Origin: a virus
Lineage: Duplodnaviria; Caudoviricetes
Reading direction: 5' to 3' (one strand)
Length of the DNA stretch: 64,000 bases
IMG/VR virus record: IMGVR_UViG_3300025849_003344
A program made the position numbers and the translations under genes. Below the pieces are notes generated by a model, which was not told the DNA's origin, did not search any database, and was given only the letters and a program-made list of their open reading frames with translations. Below are positions 27,836 through 37,288 of this stretch, piece after piece (within the stretch, counting starts at the first letter, position 1; each line of letters begins with the position of its first letter).

Positions 27836-28181
27836 AGGCTTTGTTGAAAAAGGTTGGGGCCATGAAAACATTTTTGCTACAAATGATAAGTATACGGGAA
27901 AGCTTTTAGTATTTAATGAAGGCGCTCGTTTCTCTATGCATTTCCATGCTATAAAGGATGAAACATTCTACGTTCTTGAAGGAGTATTTGATTTACTTAC
28001 AGTCGAAACTAATACTGCTAGTGTGAAAAAACATAGGTTAGACGTCGGTGATTCTATAAGAATAGAACCTTTAACTCCGCATCAAATTATTTGTGTAAAA
28101 AAAGGTACTATTATAGAAGTATCTACTCCAGATTCAGTTGAAGATAATTACCGAGTTGCTAAGGGCGATAGCCAAAAATGA
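27822..28181 (+). CDS. Cupin-fold protein, sugar-phosphate isomerase-like
   Basis: KGWGHE, SMHFHAIKDETFYV, PHQI, EVSTPD cupin metal motifs. Confidence 0.75.
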   Translation: MTQLKGFVEKGWGHENIFATNDKYTGKLLVFNEGARFSMHFHAIKDETFYVLEGVFDLLTVETNTASVKKHRLDVGDSIRIEPLTPHQIICVKKGTIIEVSTPDSVEDNYRVAKGDSQK

Positions 28182-29062
28182 TAATATGGGGCATGTCAAA
28201 AAACGGACATGACTGGGCAATTGCTGTCTTTAAAAGTGGTAATCATATACAAACCTTTTCTGGAAAAGGTAAATCACATCCATTGACTGCTGTGCATGAA
28301 GCTAAAGATTTAGGCTGTCCTTCACTTGTTATTTGGTATGAAAATCCATATCTCAAAGCTTTAAGACAATTTATATCAGGCCAACCAAAACCTTTTAAAA
28401 GAAATAATATTAAACGCTATTTACGCGATCTTAATATCAATTGCAGATGGGATTATGTGGGTCATCATGAATCGCACGCCGCGGCCTTTTATAAAAGCGG
28501 ATTTGATGATGCAACAGTTGTTGTCTTTGATAGTATAGGTGAATTTGACTGCACATCCATATGGAAAGCAGAACACGATAAACTTAAAAAAATTAAGTCG
28601 ACTAAATATCCTCATAGCATAGGACTATTTTATTCAGCTATGACGGATCGCATAGGATTGAAGCCGCAACAAGACGAAGCGGTGTTTGAACAAATATCTC
28701 AAGCGTATACACCATTTTCGCAATTAGTAACACAAATGGAAAATGACATAATAAAACAATGGGAGCCTATGCCTAAATTCAGAGTAAACTTTCACCATGG
28801 AGTAAGACAAATGTGGTGGAACAAAGGCAAAAAAGAAATAGCTAGTGCTGCACGTATAATCTTTGAGAGTTTAGTTACTAAAGTTCTACTTCACGCAAGA
28901 GAAGTTACTGACAGTCATAATATTGTATTAAGTGGCGGTGTTGCCTTTAATAAGTCTGTACCAAATATTGCAGGTAAGATATTTAATAATTTATACATAC
29001 CGCCAAATCCAGGTGATATTGGTTCTGCAGAGGGAGCAGTGTTGTCATATCTCAGGAAATAG
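28178..29062 (+). CDS. Carbamoyltransferase N-terminal (Kae1-like) domain only
   Basis: GHD.AIA, HHESHAAA, VFDSIGE, SIGLFYSAMT, LSGGVAFN, PGDIGSAEGA; the C-terminal YrdC-like domain is missing. Confidence 0.8.
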   Translation: MIIWGMSKNGHDWAIAVFKSGNHIQTFSGKGKSHPLTAVHEAKDLGCPSLVIWYENPYLKALRQFISGQPKPFKRNNIKRYLRDLNINCRWDYVGHHESHAAAFYKSGFDDATVVVFDSIGEFDCTSIWKAEHDKLKKIKSTKYPHSIGLFYSAMTDRIGLKPQQDEAVFEQISQAYTPFSQLVTQMENDIIKQWEPMPKFRVNFHHGVRQMWWNKGKKEIASAARIIFESLVTKVLLHAREVTDSHNIVLSGGVAFNKSVPNIAGKIFNNLYIPPNPGDIGSAEGAVLSYLRK

Positions 29063-29692
29063 ACATTCATCAATATAGCGACGAACCGTAACTGGATCTA
29101 CTCCTAGGCTTTCCATAACTCGTGGAGTATGCGGATTCTTTTTCTGATTGATAGCATACCAATTGTGTTGTTCTGTATAATCGTTTTCGGTTTCTTGTCC
29201 AATATTATGAAGAAAATAATCTAGATTATCATTAGCAAGATCTAAAATTGTTTGTAACTCTTCAGGATCTCGTACATTCCCAGCAGAAACCATACTACCA
29301 CTAAAAATGTTTCTAGCCCATTCTGGTAATTCTCTTGGTTTAGAAGGAATAAAACTGTGTACTTTCTCTGTGAAATGTTGTAATATATGATTATTAGGAT
29401 CTACCGGACTAAAATCGTGAAATGCTCCAGTAACTTTATTTGGACCGGCAATAATGTCAAAACCATAAATCGGTGAAGGATCATTAAGATGAGGATATAC
29501 GCAAAGATGCATCATCCAAAGTTTACGATCTTCAGTAGCATCAATGATGTCTAAGTCTGCTCTACGAAATATAGAAGGATTAACATAGCTAATTGCCGGC
29601 CATTGAAAGTCATGTTCATAGCTGCTAACTGAAAGAGATTCCAATTGATCCTGCATTTTAGCCGCAGCCTGTGTTAACTTTTCAAAGATCAA
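29045..29692 (-). CDS. pcyX: Ferredoxin-dependent bilin reductase, PcyX-like
   Basis: LWMMHLCVYP..PIYGFDIIAG..TGAFHDFSP, NQKKNPHTPRVM; His62/Asp79 have the same 17-residue spacing as the PcyA His88/Asp105 catalytic pair. Confidence 0.82.
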   Translation of the reverse strand: MIFEKLTQAAAKMQDQLESLSVSSYEHDFQWPAISYVNPSIFRRADLDIIDATEDRKLWMMHLCVYPHLNDPSPIYGFDIIAGPNKVTGAFHDFSPVDPNNHILQHFTEKVHSFIPSKPRELPEWARNIFSGSMVSAGNVRDPEELQTILDLANDNLDYFLHNIGQETENDYTEQHNWYAINQKKNPHTPRVMESLGVDPVTVRRYIDECLFPEI

Positions 29693-30275
29693 AACGTTTC
29701 TCTAAATCATAAAATAAATTGATTGCACACTCAAAACAAACATTTGCTTCATCTGCCATGTCTAGTGTAAGCATCGTACGTATTTCTTTAATAATTTCAT
29801 ACTTATTTTCAAATGTGTATATGTTAGTCCACCATTCTTCTGTAACAGGTCTATGTCCATCACTATCAGGAGGAAAGGCCTCTAAGTTGGGTTCAGGTAG
29901 CTTGCTTTTAATAATTTGCCCACCATGCATATCTCCAAAATGGCGGACATAAATATGAGCTAGTACATCTTCTTCGCTTAATTCTGTAGCGTATTCCATA
30001 TAGTCTAACGTAGACTTTTCTAATCCTGTATTATACTTAAAAAAATTTAAGTCCGCAGCAAACTTATTAACTTGAGCTATGCTCTTTAAAACAGGATATT
30101 TATTAAATAGATTTAATTCGTTGGCTCGTGCTTCTAAAGCTGAATAAGCCTGTAGCTGGTTGTATAAATATTGTCCGTACTGATGATTGGTCATATTTCC
30201 GGAAACAAGTAATTGAGCCCATTTAGATTGTTCAGCTTTTTTATGATTTAAATCAGTTAGCTTCTTAAGAGACAT
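29682..30275 (-). CDS. hemO: Heme oxygenase
   Basis: Proximal His in HKKAE, distal helix AHIYVRHFGDMHGGQII; GGAG SD before MSLKK; coupled to pcyX. Confidence 0.88.
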   Translation of the reverse strand: MSLKKLTDLNHKKAEQSKWAQLLVSGNMTNHQYGQYLYNQLQAYSALEARANELNLFNKYPVLKSIAQVNKFAADLNFFKYNTGLEKSTLDYMEYATELSEEDVLAHIYVRHFGDMHGGQIIKSKLPEPNLEAFPPDSDGHRPVTEEWWTNIYTFENKYEIIKEIRTMLTLDMADEANVCFECAINLFYDLEKRFDL

Positions 30276-30303
30276 AAATAACTCCATAATATGTGTAAAG
30301 TGG

Positions 30304-30311
30304 TATTTATA
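30304..30311 (-). promoter_or_regulatory. Late promoter upstream of hemO-pcyX
   Basis: Exact TATAAATA about 30 nt upstream of the hemO ATG, overlapping the ATG of the divergent kinase gene. Confidence 0.7.
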
Positions 30312-31231
30312 TGATAAATGTAATAGGCGATATTATTATTGACGAATATTGGTATGGCGATACAACTCGTATTTCGCCTGAGGCTCCCGTACCAATTGTA
30401 AATCTTAATAAGAAAAAAATATCTTTAGGCGGCGCTGGCAACGTTTATATGAATTTACTTTCTCTTAATAAGAAAGTAACTCTAAACGGATATTACGACG
30501 CAGCACACGAATATATATTTAATGAGATACAGGCTACCGGTAATCTAATGATTACTGAACAAATGCCGCATAAACTTAGAATTTTTTCTGGCTCCCAATA
30601 TATGTCAAGGGTTGATGCCGAAAAAACAATAGAAGAAAATGATGTACAAGATAAATTCTTTGTACCAAACATATATGATGTGGTCATATTATCAGACTAC
30701 AATAAAGGAACAGTTAAAGATCCACAAGCGATCATTAAAAAATCTAAGCGCACCATTGTTGACCCAAAAGTTTCATTAGACAAATATAAAGGTGCTTTCA
30801 TACTTAAACCAAATCTTAAGGAATTTGAAGACTATATTGGAAAGAAAACAAATCCAAAGTCTTTAATGTCAGAAGCTCAACGATTAAGACATGAATTGGA
30901 AATTGACCATTTTATTGTCACATTAGGACCAGAAGGAGTTCTATACGTTGGAGATTCTATCGAACACTATGATGCAACTGCTCAAGAAGTGTTTGATGTT
31001 ACTGGAGCGGGAGATACCTTTACTGCCGCACTCGCATATGGGATATATAATAACTTAGAAGTTCAAGACTCTGTAATTCTGGCAAATAAAATGGCTGGAT
31101 TAGCAGTGAGTAAATCTGGAACCTATGTAATAAATCCTAAAGATTTTAATGAAGCTATGGAAAATATCAATGAATATATTAATAACAGGTCATCGAGGTT
31201 TCATCGGGAAAAACTTATGGCTTTACTTTAG
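30311..31231 (+). CDS. hldA: Heptose-7-phosphate kinase (stand-alone HldE domain I, PfkB family)
   Basis: GDIIIDEYWYG...RISPEAPVP, GGAGNV, LSDYNKG, KPNLKEF, FDVTGAGDT. Confidence 0.92.
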   Translation: MINVIGDIIIDEYWYGDTTRISPEAPVPIVNLNKKKISLGGAGNVYMNLLSLNKKVTLNGYYDAAHEYIFNEIQATGNLMITEQMPHKLRIFSGSQYMSRVDAEKTIEENDVQDKFFVPNIYDVVILSDYNKGTVKDPQAIIKKSKRTIVDPKVSLDKYKGAFILKPNLKEFEDYIGKKTNPKSLMSEAQRLRHELEIDHFIVTLGPEGVLYVGDSIEHYDATAQEVFDVTGAGDTFTAALAYGIYNNLEVQDSVILANKMAGLAVSKSGTYVINPKDFNEAMENINEYINNRSSRFHREKLMALL

Positions 31232-31994
31232 ATCAAAAGGGCATAATGTTCAAGGTTGGGAATGGGGCGACACCCCTGAGTTTATTCTACCTAAAGATTT
31301 AGATTTGGTTATTCACTGCGGCGCTATTAGCAGCACCACGGAGAATAATGCCGATAAACTTATGGAGCAAAACTATGAGTTTACCACAGATCTTATTGTA
31401 CAGTGTCTTGAAAAAAATATAGACTTGCAATATGCATCTTCAGCATCTGTGTATGGGGATAGTACTACATTCGATGAAGATGATGAATGTATGCCTATGA
31501 ACGGTTATGCGTGGTCTAAGTATCTTATTGATAGGTTTGTGAAAGAAGCTATTAGCCTACCTTTACCTATTAATATCCAAGGCTTCCGATACTTTAATGT
31601 ATATGGAAAACATGAAATCAAAAAGGGTAATCAAGCTTCTCCTATTACAAAATTTACTATGCAAGCTATAACCGAAGAATCAATTATGCTATTTGAAGAT
31701 TCTGAAAAATACAAACGAGATTTTGTGTGTGTCGACGATGTATGTAAGGTTCATGAACAGATGATTGAGCAAGACGTGTCCGGCATCTTTAATGTTGGTA
31801 CGGGTAGAGCAGTTAGTTTCCAGACCGTAGGTGAGCTTATTGCTGAGAAACACAATGTATATATTAATCAAATCCCAATGCCAAATGTATTGCGTGGAAG
31901 TTATCAAGAATTCACTAAAGCTAATATCGATAAGCTAATGAAGCATGTTGATATTGAGTGGACTAGAGTGGAGGATTATATTAACAATGTTTAA
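31170..31994 (+). CDS. hldD: ADP-L-glycero-D-manno-heptose 6-epimerase
   Basis: ITGHRGFIG, HCGAISSTTE, YASSASVYG, YAWSK, FRYFNVYG, KRDFV, YQEFTKA. Confidence 0.88.
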   Translation: MNILITGHRGFIGKNLWLYFRSKGHNVQGWEWGDTPEFILPKDLDLVIHCGAISSTTENNADKLMEQNYEFTTDLIVQCLEKNIDLQYASSASVYGDSTTFDEDDECMPMNGYAWSKYLIDRFVKEAISLPLPINIQGFRYFNVYGKHEIKKGNQASPITKFTMQAITEESIMLFEDSEKYKRDFVCVDDVCKVHEQMIEQDVSGIFNVGTGRAVSFQTVGELIAEKHNVYINQIPMPNVLRGSYQEFTKANIDKLMKHVDIEWTRVEDYINNV

Positions 31995-32637
31995 TATGTG
32001 GGGTGAGTCAACGAGTCAGCAAACACAAGAACCACAGAATGGGTCGGCCGATCAACACCTGGATAGAAAACAGCTTAATGCCAAATACCCAAAACCTCTT
32101 ATTGCCATTGATCGCGATGGAGTTATTATTGAGTGTAATGGTAATGTAAAAACGCCTGAACAATTCATTCCAATTGAAGGATCCATCCAAGCCATTTCAT
32201 TGCTGAGATCGAAGGGATATAAAGTAGCAATTGTTTTTGATCAACCAGGCATTTCTAAAAATGAAATTACAATTGCAGAAGTTGAAAATATGAATGTTTT
32301 CATGTTAGACTTATTTGGAAAGGCTGGATGTCCTAGTATTGATGGTATTCTCTATAACACATCTGAATCAAAGGATGATCCATGGTCAAAGCCAAAGCCA
32401 CTGATGTTTAATAGATTACGCGACGAATTTAAGGTACCTACTAAAGGTGGATATTATGTGGGTGATAGACTCGTCGATGCTAAAATGGCTAATAAAGGAA
32501 AGCTTAAACCAGTCTTAGTTAGAACAGGCCAGTATTCTGAGGACTTGAAGAAATTTGATAGCTTTTCTAATAAGCAGCTAAAAAAGAAAACAAAGGTGTT
32601 TGATAATCTATTAGAGTTTGCAATATCTCTTCCATAA
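31987..32637 (+). CDS. gmhB: Heptose-1,7-bisphosphate phosphatase (HAD)
   Basis: IDRDGVI, DQPGI, KPKPLMF, YVGDRLVD, VLVRTG. Confidence 0.85.
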   Translation: MFNMWGESTSQQTQEPQNGSADQHLDRKQLNAKYPKPLIAIDRDGVIIECNGNVKTPEQFIPIEGSIQAISLLRSKGYKVAIVFDQPGISKNEITIAEVENMNVFMLDLFGKAGCPSIDGILYNTSESKDDPWSKPKPLMFNRLRDEFKVPTKGGYYVGDRLVDAKMANKGKLKPVLVRTGQYSEDLKKFDSFSNKQLKKKTKVFDNLLEFAISLP

Positions 32638-32663
32638 AAAAAGGCGGCCACGGGCCGCCTTTT
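32636..32663. terminator. Bidirectional intrinsic terminator between convergent gmhB and the carbamoyltransferase
   Basis: AAAAAAAGGCGGCC-ACG-GGCCGCCTTTT with T runs on both strands. Confidence 0.9.
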
Positions 32664-32682
32664 GAGTTTGAGGTGCTTAGTA

Positions 32683-34494
32683 TTATTCGTTAGGAACTTT
32701 GATTAGCTTACCGTGTTCTGGCAAATACATATATTCAATATCTGATTTAACAAGAGTCATAATAGCATCATCGATTGTCTCAACGAGTGGATCTCCGCCC
32801 AGGTTAAAACTGGTATTGAACACAATGGGAACACCAGTCTTTTCTTTAAACGCTTTAATTAGTTTATAGTATAGAGGATTCTGTTCTTCAGTTACAGTCT
32901 GAATTCGACATGTTCCATCAACGTGGATAATAGAAGGAATCTTTTCTTCAATACCAGGTTGACAGTTGACAGCATACATCATATGTGGTGTCTCATCCAT
33001 ACCACGAAGATCAAACCATTCGTGAACATCTTCAGCTAGAATGGATCCAGCAAACGGTCTAAAATATTCACGGTCCTTAACTAGATTAACATAATCTTTA
33101 CCATCTTCAAAAGTTGGATCGAAAAGAATAGACCTATTACCTAATGCACGTGGCCCATTTTCTGAACGACCTTGATAGAATGTGACAATGTTCTTATCTG
33201 TCATTAGATCTACAACGTCTGTTTCAGTAGCATCTGTCACTTCAGCTTCTTCATATTTTGAAACAGCATTCATAACATCATCGGTAGTATATTGATGATC
33301 TGGGCCAAGATATAGAGTGTCTAGCTTACGGTTAGTTTCATCATCTGTACGAGCGTGCCAGTACATAAGTGCAGCGCCCATAGCGGTACCAGCATCATTT
33401 GAAATTGGTTCAACATAAATGTTAATACCTTCATCCTTTAGAGCTTCAAGGTAGTGGTAGTTGGCTACGCAATTAAGACCATATCCACCAGAAATCACTA
33501 CGTTGTTTTGACCAGACATTTCAACAGCTTTGCGAATAAGCTTGACCATCTCATCTTGAGTCTGAGTTTGAATAGCATACGCCATATCACGACGACAGGT
33601 TAGCTTAGTAGCATCTCCTTGCACATTTTCCCAATCTTCTTGTGATGCTTGAAAGAAGTCATAAAAACCTTCATTTACAAAAGCTCCATTAGGAACATTG
33701 GGAATAAACATATTACGATCAAACACACCTGGAACCGGCGAGCGTGGATCAAACAGATTTTTCAAGTTTTCATTTTCTGATCCATATGGAAAAAGACCCA
33801 TTGTCTTTCCAGCTTCAATTGGTTGCCATCCACAATATTGTGTTACAGCCTCATAGGCTTTAGTCAAGCCCCCTCGGTCAGTAATCATAGCATCAAATTG
33901 GCCTTCTTCGCCAAACATCTCACTATCAAGTTTGGTCATCGTGCCAACAAGCGGATCTCTACAACCTAAATGCTTATATAAAGTTTTAAAAGCTGCAGGA
34001 TATTCACAGTTAATAATTGATTCATATTCCCAAATAGCAATCCCGCCACCTTGGGGATTGGAAATAGGAATCACCGAACCTGCGCCATCAGCAATTAGAG
34101 CTACAGCTTCATCAAACGGTGAGCGATAGAATGCTATAGCAGCATGTAGCTTGTGATGCATAATAGACATATCAATTACTTGCGGGTGATTTGGGCCTCT
34201 AGCGTGACGATCGATTAGACCTAGTTTGCGCGACAGGCCAGTATATACATCATCTCCACTAAAGTCAACTTTACCCGCAGTTTCATGCAACGATTGGGTG
34301 TGAGCAATTACCAGATAATCAAGCTTATCTGTATAATCGAGAATCTTAACAATACCTGCATATGGCCCACCATCATATTTTGCACGTGAAAGGCGTTCTT
34401 CTTCAATAGAGAATACAATCTCGCCATTTTTCAGAAGGCAGACTCCAGCATTGTGACCTCGAGCAATACCTGCAATCCATACATCATTTTCCAT
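32683..34494 (-). CDS. Full-length O-carbamoyltransferase (NodU/CmcH/TobZ family)
   Basis: GHNAGVCLL, EEERLSRAK, HHKLHAA, AGKTMGL, SGGYGLNCVAN, GPRALGNRSIL, REYFRPFA, NTSFNLGG. Confidence 0.93.
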   Translation of the reverse strand: MENDVWIAGIARGHNAGVCLLKNGEIVFSIEEERLSRAKYDGGPYAGIVKILDYTDKLDYLVIAHTQSLHETAGKVDFSGDDVYTGLSRKLGLIDRHARGPNHPQVIDMSIMHHKLHAAIAFYRSPFDEAVALIADGAGSVIPISNPQGGGIAIWEYESIINCEYPAAFKTLYKHLGCRDPLVGTMTKLDSEMFGEEGQFDAMITDRGGLTKAYEAVTQYCGWQPIEAGKTMGLFPYGSENENLKNLFDPRSPVPGVFDRNMFIPNVPNGAFVNEGFYDFFQASQEDWENVQGDATKLTCRRDMAYAIQTQTQDEMVKLIRKAVEMSGQNNVVISGGYGLNCVANYHYLEALKDEGINIYVEPISNDAGTAMGAALMYWHARTDDETNRKLDTLYLGPDHQYTTDDVMNAVSKYEEAEVTDATETDVVDLMTDKNIVTFYQGRSENGPRALGNRSILFDPTFEDGKDYVNLVKDREYFRPFAGSILAEDVHEWFDLRGMDETPHMMYAVNCQPGIEEKIPSIIHVDGTCRIQTVTEEQNPLYYKLIKAFKEKTGVPIVFNTSFNLGGDPLVETIDDAIMTLVKSDIEYMYLPEHGKLIKVPNE

Positions 34495-35446
34495 TCTTAG
34501 CACCTTTGCTCACAACAATATCCAATTCTTTAGCAATTTCATCAACCGCTTTATCAGAAAGCATCATAACTCCTTCATGTGATCTTCCAATTTCTTCTTC
34601 AAAAGAAATACGGATCGGATCATATCGACGTTTACCTGCTCCCAAGTCTAACACTTGAAATATATCATTGTCATCATAGCTTACATTTTCTGGGTATGTT
34701 GCGCCAACGACTGTAACTGCTGGCGTTTCTAAAGAGTACGCGAAATGCTGACCCACGCTATCACAACCAAGAAAACCATCAGCGGCTTTAATTGCACTTG
34801 CCCAAATCCGCAAGGGCGCGCCTTCTGGTTGAGCAACAGCCTCGGTAATACCAAACTGTGAAAAGTCTGTAGGGAACTCACTCATAAGAACAATAGCATA
34901 TTTCTTTTGTAACTTCTTAATAAGTTTTACAGTATCACTCACTGAGAAACTCCGCCCGCCACTATCTATTAGTTGTTGACCTTTGTTTCCCATAGGCTGA
35001 GTACTACGACCATATGGTTGAAATACAATTACCTTTTGCTTTTGAGTTTTTTCTTTTACTTCATCAATGATATCTTTTCCACTGATGAGTTCGTCAGCCC
35101 AAAGATGAAGGTTTGGTGCTGGAAGATCTCGAACACCCTTATTATTAATTTGAATATCAAACGCCTGCGCTAGGCTAGCTTTTTGATTATAATACTCCCA
35201 CACTCGATATGGTTCGGTAGACACACAAGTTCGGTTTTTAATCTTATCTTCAAAAAGTCCTTTATGCCAGTTATCAAAGGCGCGCCTATGTAAGGTTGGA
35301 TGACCCTTGTACATGTCCATGCCACCTTCACAGACAATGATAAAATCATCATCTGGATTGTCTACTTCATATTTTTCTAAAGCTGGAATTGAGCAGACGT
35401 GACGTCCTGCTCCACCGTTCACGAAGAACGCGGTTGATCTTGTCAT
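34484..35446 (-). CDS. GT9-like (ADP-heptose) glycosyltransferase
   Basis: N-terminal GGAGR motif, VIVFQPYG, FLGCDSVGQHFAY..TPAVTV GT-B signature; next to the heptose genes. Confidence 0.7.
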   Translation of the reverse strand: MTRSTAFFVNGGAGRHVCSIPALEKYEVDNPDDDFIIVCEGGMDMYKGHPTLHRRAFDNWHKGLFEDKIKNRTCVSTEPYRVWEYYNQKASLAQAFDIQINNKGVRDLPAPNLHLWADELISGKDIIDEVKEKTQKQKVIVFQPYGRSTQPMGNKGQQLIDSGGRSFSVSDTVKLIKKLQKKYAIVLMSEFPTDFSQFGITEAVAQPEGAPLRIWASAIKAADGFLGCDSVGQHFAYSLETPAVTVVGATYPENVSYDDNDIFQVLDLGAGKRRYDPIRISFEEEIGRSHEGVMMLSDKAVDEIAKELDIVVSKGAKNGK

Positions 35447-35515
35447 TTTGCACCTCACAAGAATAAATTATAAATGAATGATTAATTAATCATCATGTCT
35501 TATATATACATGATT

Positions 35516-35545
35516 TAATGGAGCCTTATTTCTAAAGCTCCATTA
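35516..35545. terminator. Hairpin between the fibre module and the GT9 operon
   Basis: TAATGGAGC / GCTCCATTA 9-bp stem; T run only on the plus strand. Confidence 0.4.
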
Positions 35546-35551
35546 TTTTTA

Positions 35552-36238
35552 TTATGCGCTGTCGTTAGCTGCCGCAAGAGAGGCTACAAGAGAATCGGAA
35601 TCTCCAGGAGTTAGCCTAAACCCTACCTCGTGCGGAAGTAATCCAGCGGTTTGCCAAGCATCGACTTTATTTTCAGCTTCCGTTTTACACGAATTATATG
35701 CAGCGACTATGTCGGAATCAGCACCTGCTGAATCGTTTTCTGCTAACCACGTATTAATAGAGTTAACCACAGCATCTGCCTGATTAGCTATACCGCTCCA
35801 CGTCATCCAAGTCGTATGCCATGGATAAGGTTTAACCCATGACAAAGTTTCTTCATTCCACCGCATAGCATCTGCTTGATATGCTTTATGAGGTGGAAGG
35901 GGCCATGGATACGAATACGTGACACCATCTGGACCAGTTTTTACTTTTTGAGGAAGATCACTAATATCTGAATCTCTCATTCCCCAAAGAATAGAGGCTT
36001 CCAGCGGATTACCCAATGCATTCAATAGAAGGCATTGGTCATGGTCATTAGCATCTTCTGCATTCCATGCATCCAGCGTTGTTTCATCTACCGATTGAAT
36101 CATGCCATTATCTGATAGGTGAACGTGAAGATATTTTGGCCCGTGATATGTAAAGCTAGCTGAGGAATCATTTTCTGCCTCTTGTAGCGTATAATCGTCG
36201 GGTACTTTATACGTAAAAGTTTTTGTTACTCTAGACAT
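35552..36238 (-). CDS. Putative tail-fibre assembly or associated protein
   Basis: Last gene of the fibre operon; Trp/Pro-rich (YPWPLPP, PYPW); seven DS motifs. Confidence 0.5.
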   Translation of the reverse strand: MSRVTKTFTYKVPDDYTLQEAENDSSASFTYHGPKYLHVHLSDNGMIQSVDETTLDAWNAEDANDHDQCLLLNALGNPLEASILWGMRDSDISDLPQKVKTGPDGVTYSYPWPLPPHKAYQADAMRWNEETLSWVKPYPWHTTWMTWSGIANQADAVVNSINTWLAENDSAGADSDIVAAYNSCKTEAENKVDAWQTAGLLPHEVGFRLTPGDSDSLVASLAAANDSA

Positions 36239-36247
36239 TTTATTTCC

Positions 36248-37288
36248 TTATGAATAGCTTATTCTTATCATTCCGGGACCACCACGGGAACCACAGCAAC
36301 AGGTACCACCGCATGTAGCAGGTGTAAACCCACCTTGACCTACAGCTTGCTGGTTTGGCGCGCCCGTCGCAATAATACCTGATCCAACCATCATACATTG
36401 AAAGTAGTTGTGCACGCCGCCTATCGTATTACACCATTTAATTGCAACAAGACCACCATTTACTGAAGGTTTTTCAATATGACCCATTACAGGCAACTTA
36501 AAAAGGCCACCGGGGTAGGGAACAAATTCTTTATCGCCGCAACGCGACGCGTCAATGCCGGACGATGTCCCACAACATGATGTTTGATGGCATGCGTATA
36601 TACCCTTACTTCCCCCATCAGCACCATAGTATTTTGCTGGAGCGAATACATCGTTATCACTATCTGTCGTGGATCTGCCTAACATACAATCCATTCTAAC
36701 TGTAACGCAAGCAAAGCAGGTATTTGCGGTATGATACCCTTGACCATAAGTTGACGATGCCCAACCACAACAGACAGCAGCTCCAGGGTTTCCGCCCTCG
36801 GCGCAAAGATTGTCGAGGCCTGTTCCTGTAACATATGTTTTCATCCCCCGCGTACCGCGGCTAACAAATCCTAAGCCTTGGTCAGTTAACACTGTTGTGC
36901 CATCAGCGCAGAATGTGCGTGTGCAACAGTGTCTTTCTACACCATTAAAACACAAGGTGTATACGTCACCTGGAGTAACATCTACGGCTTTATAGGCATA
37001 AGCTCCAGATCCTCCACCCAAACCCTGTGAGCAGAGATTGGATCCAGCACCCATGCCGCCGCCACCCCACAGGTGAAATGTTGCTCTGCTAGTTCCAACT
37101 GGAACTTCCCATTTATACTTAAAATAAAGTTCGGGGCAAAGTGCATCTGACCGTATCGCGGTACAATACTGTCCCTCGACGTTGCTTCTAACTTTAAAAA
37201 AGAAGTCATTCACATCATCATCAGCGGCGTTGATATTAGGTTGATCCGCAGAATATTGACCTAAGAATGATTGTAGTTGTTTAGCCAT
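36248..37288 (-). CDS. Cys/Gly-rich adhesin-like virion protein, type C copy 2
   Basis: MAKQLQSF, FHLWGGGG, GAYAYK, NLCAEGG, TCGGTCCCG. Confidence 0.6.
   Translation of the reverse strand: MAKQLQSFLGQYSADQPNINAADDDVNDFFFKVRSNVEGQYCTAIRSDALCPELYFKYKWEVPVGTSRATFHLWGGGGMGAGSNLCSQGLGGGSGAYAYKAVDVTPGDVYTLCFNGVERHCCTRTFCADGTTVLTDQGLGFVSRGTRGMKTYVTGTGLDNLCAEGGNPGAAVCCGWASSTYGQGYHTANTCFACVTVRMDCMLGRSTTDSDNDVFAPAKYYGADGGSKGIYACHQTSCCGTSSGIDASRCGDKEFVPYPGGLFKLPVMGHIEKPSVNGGLVAIKWCNTIGGVHNYFQCMMVGSGIIATGAPNQQAVGQGGFTPATCGGTCCCGSRGGPGMIRISYS

Noticed and set aside
29045-30275. Calling the phage a cyanophage (pebS/pcyA) because of the bilin genes
   Set aside because: Motifs fit the PcyX group better, and there are no psbA, hli, petF or cpeT genes in the window; the host remains unproven
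35478-35493. Perfect 16-bp palindrome ATGATTAATTAATCAT upstream of the GT9 gene
   Set aside because: At this AT content roughly one or two such palindromes are expected by chance in 64 kb (rough estimate); no second copy and no regulator gene were seen
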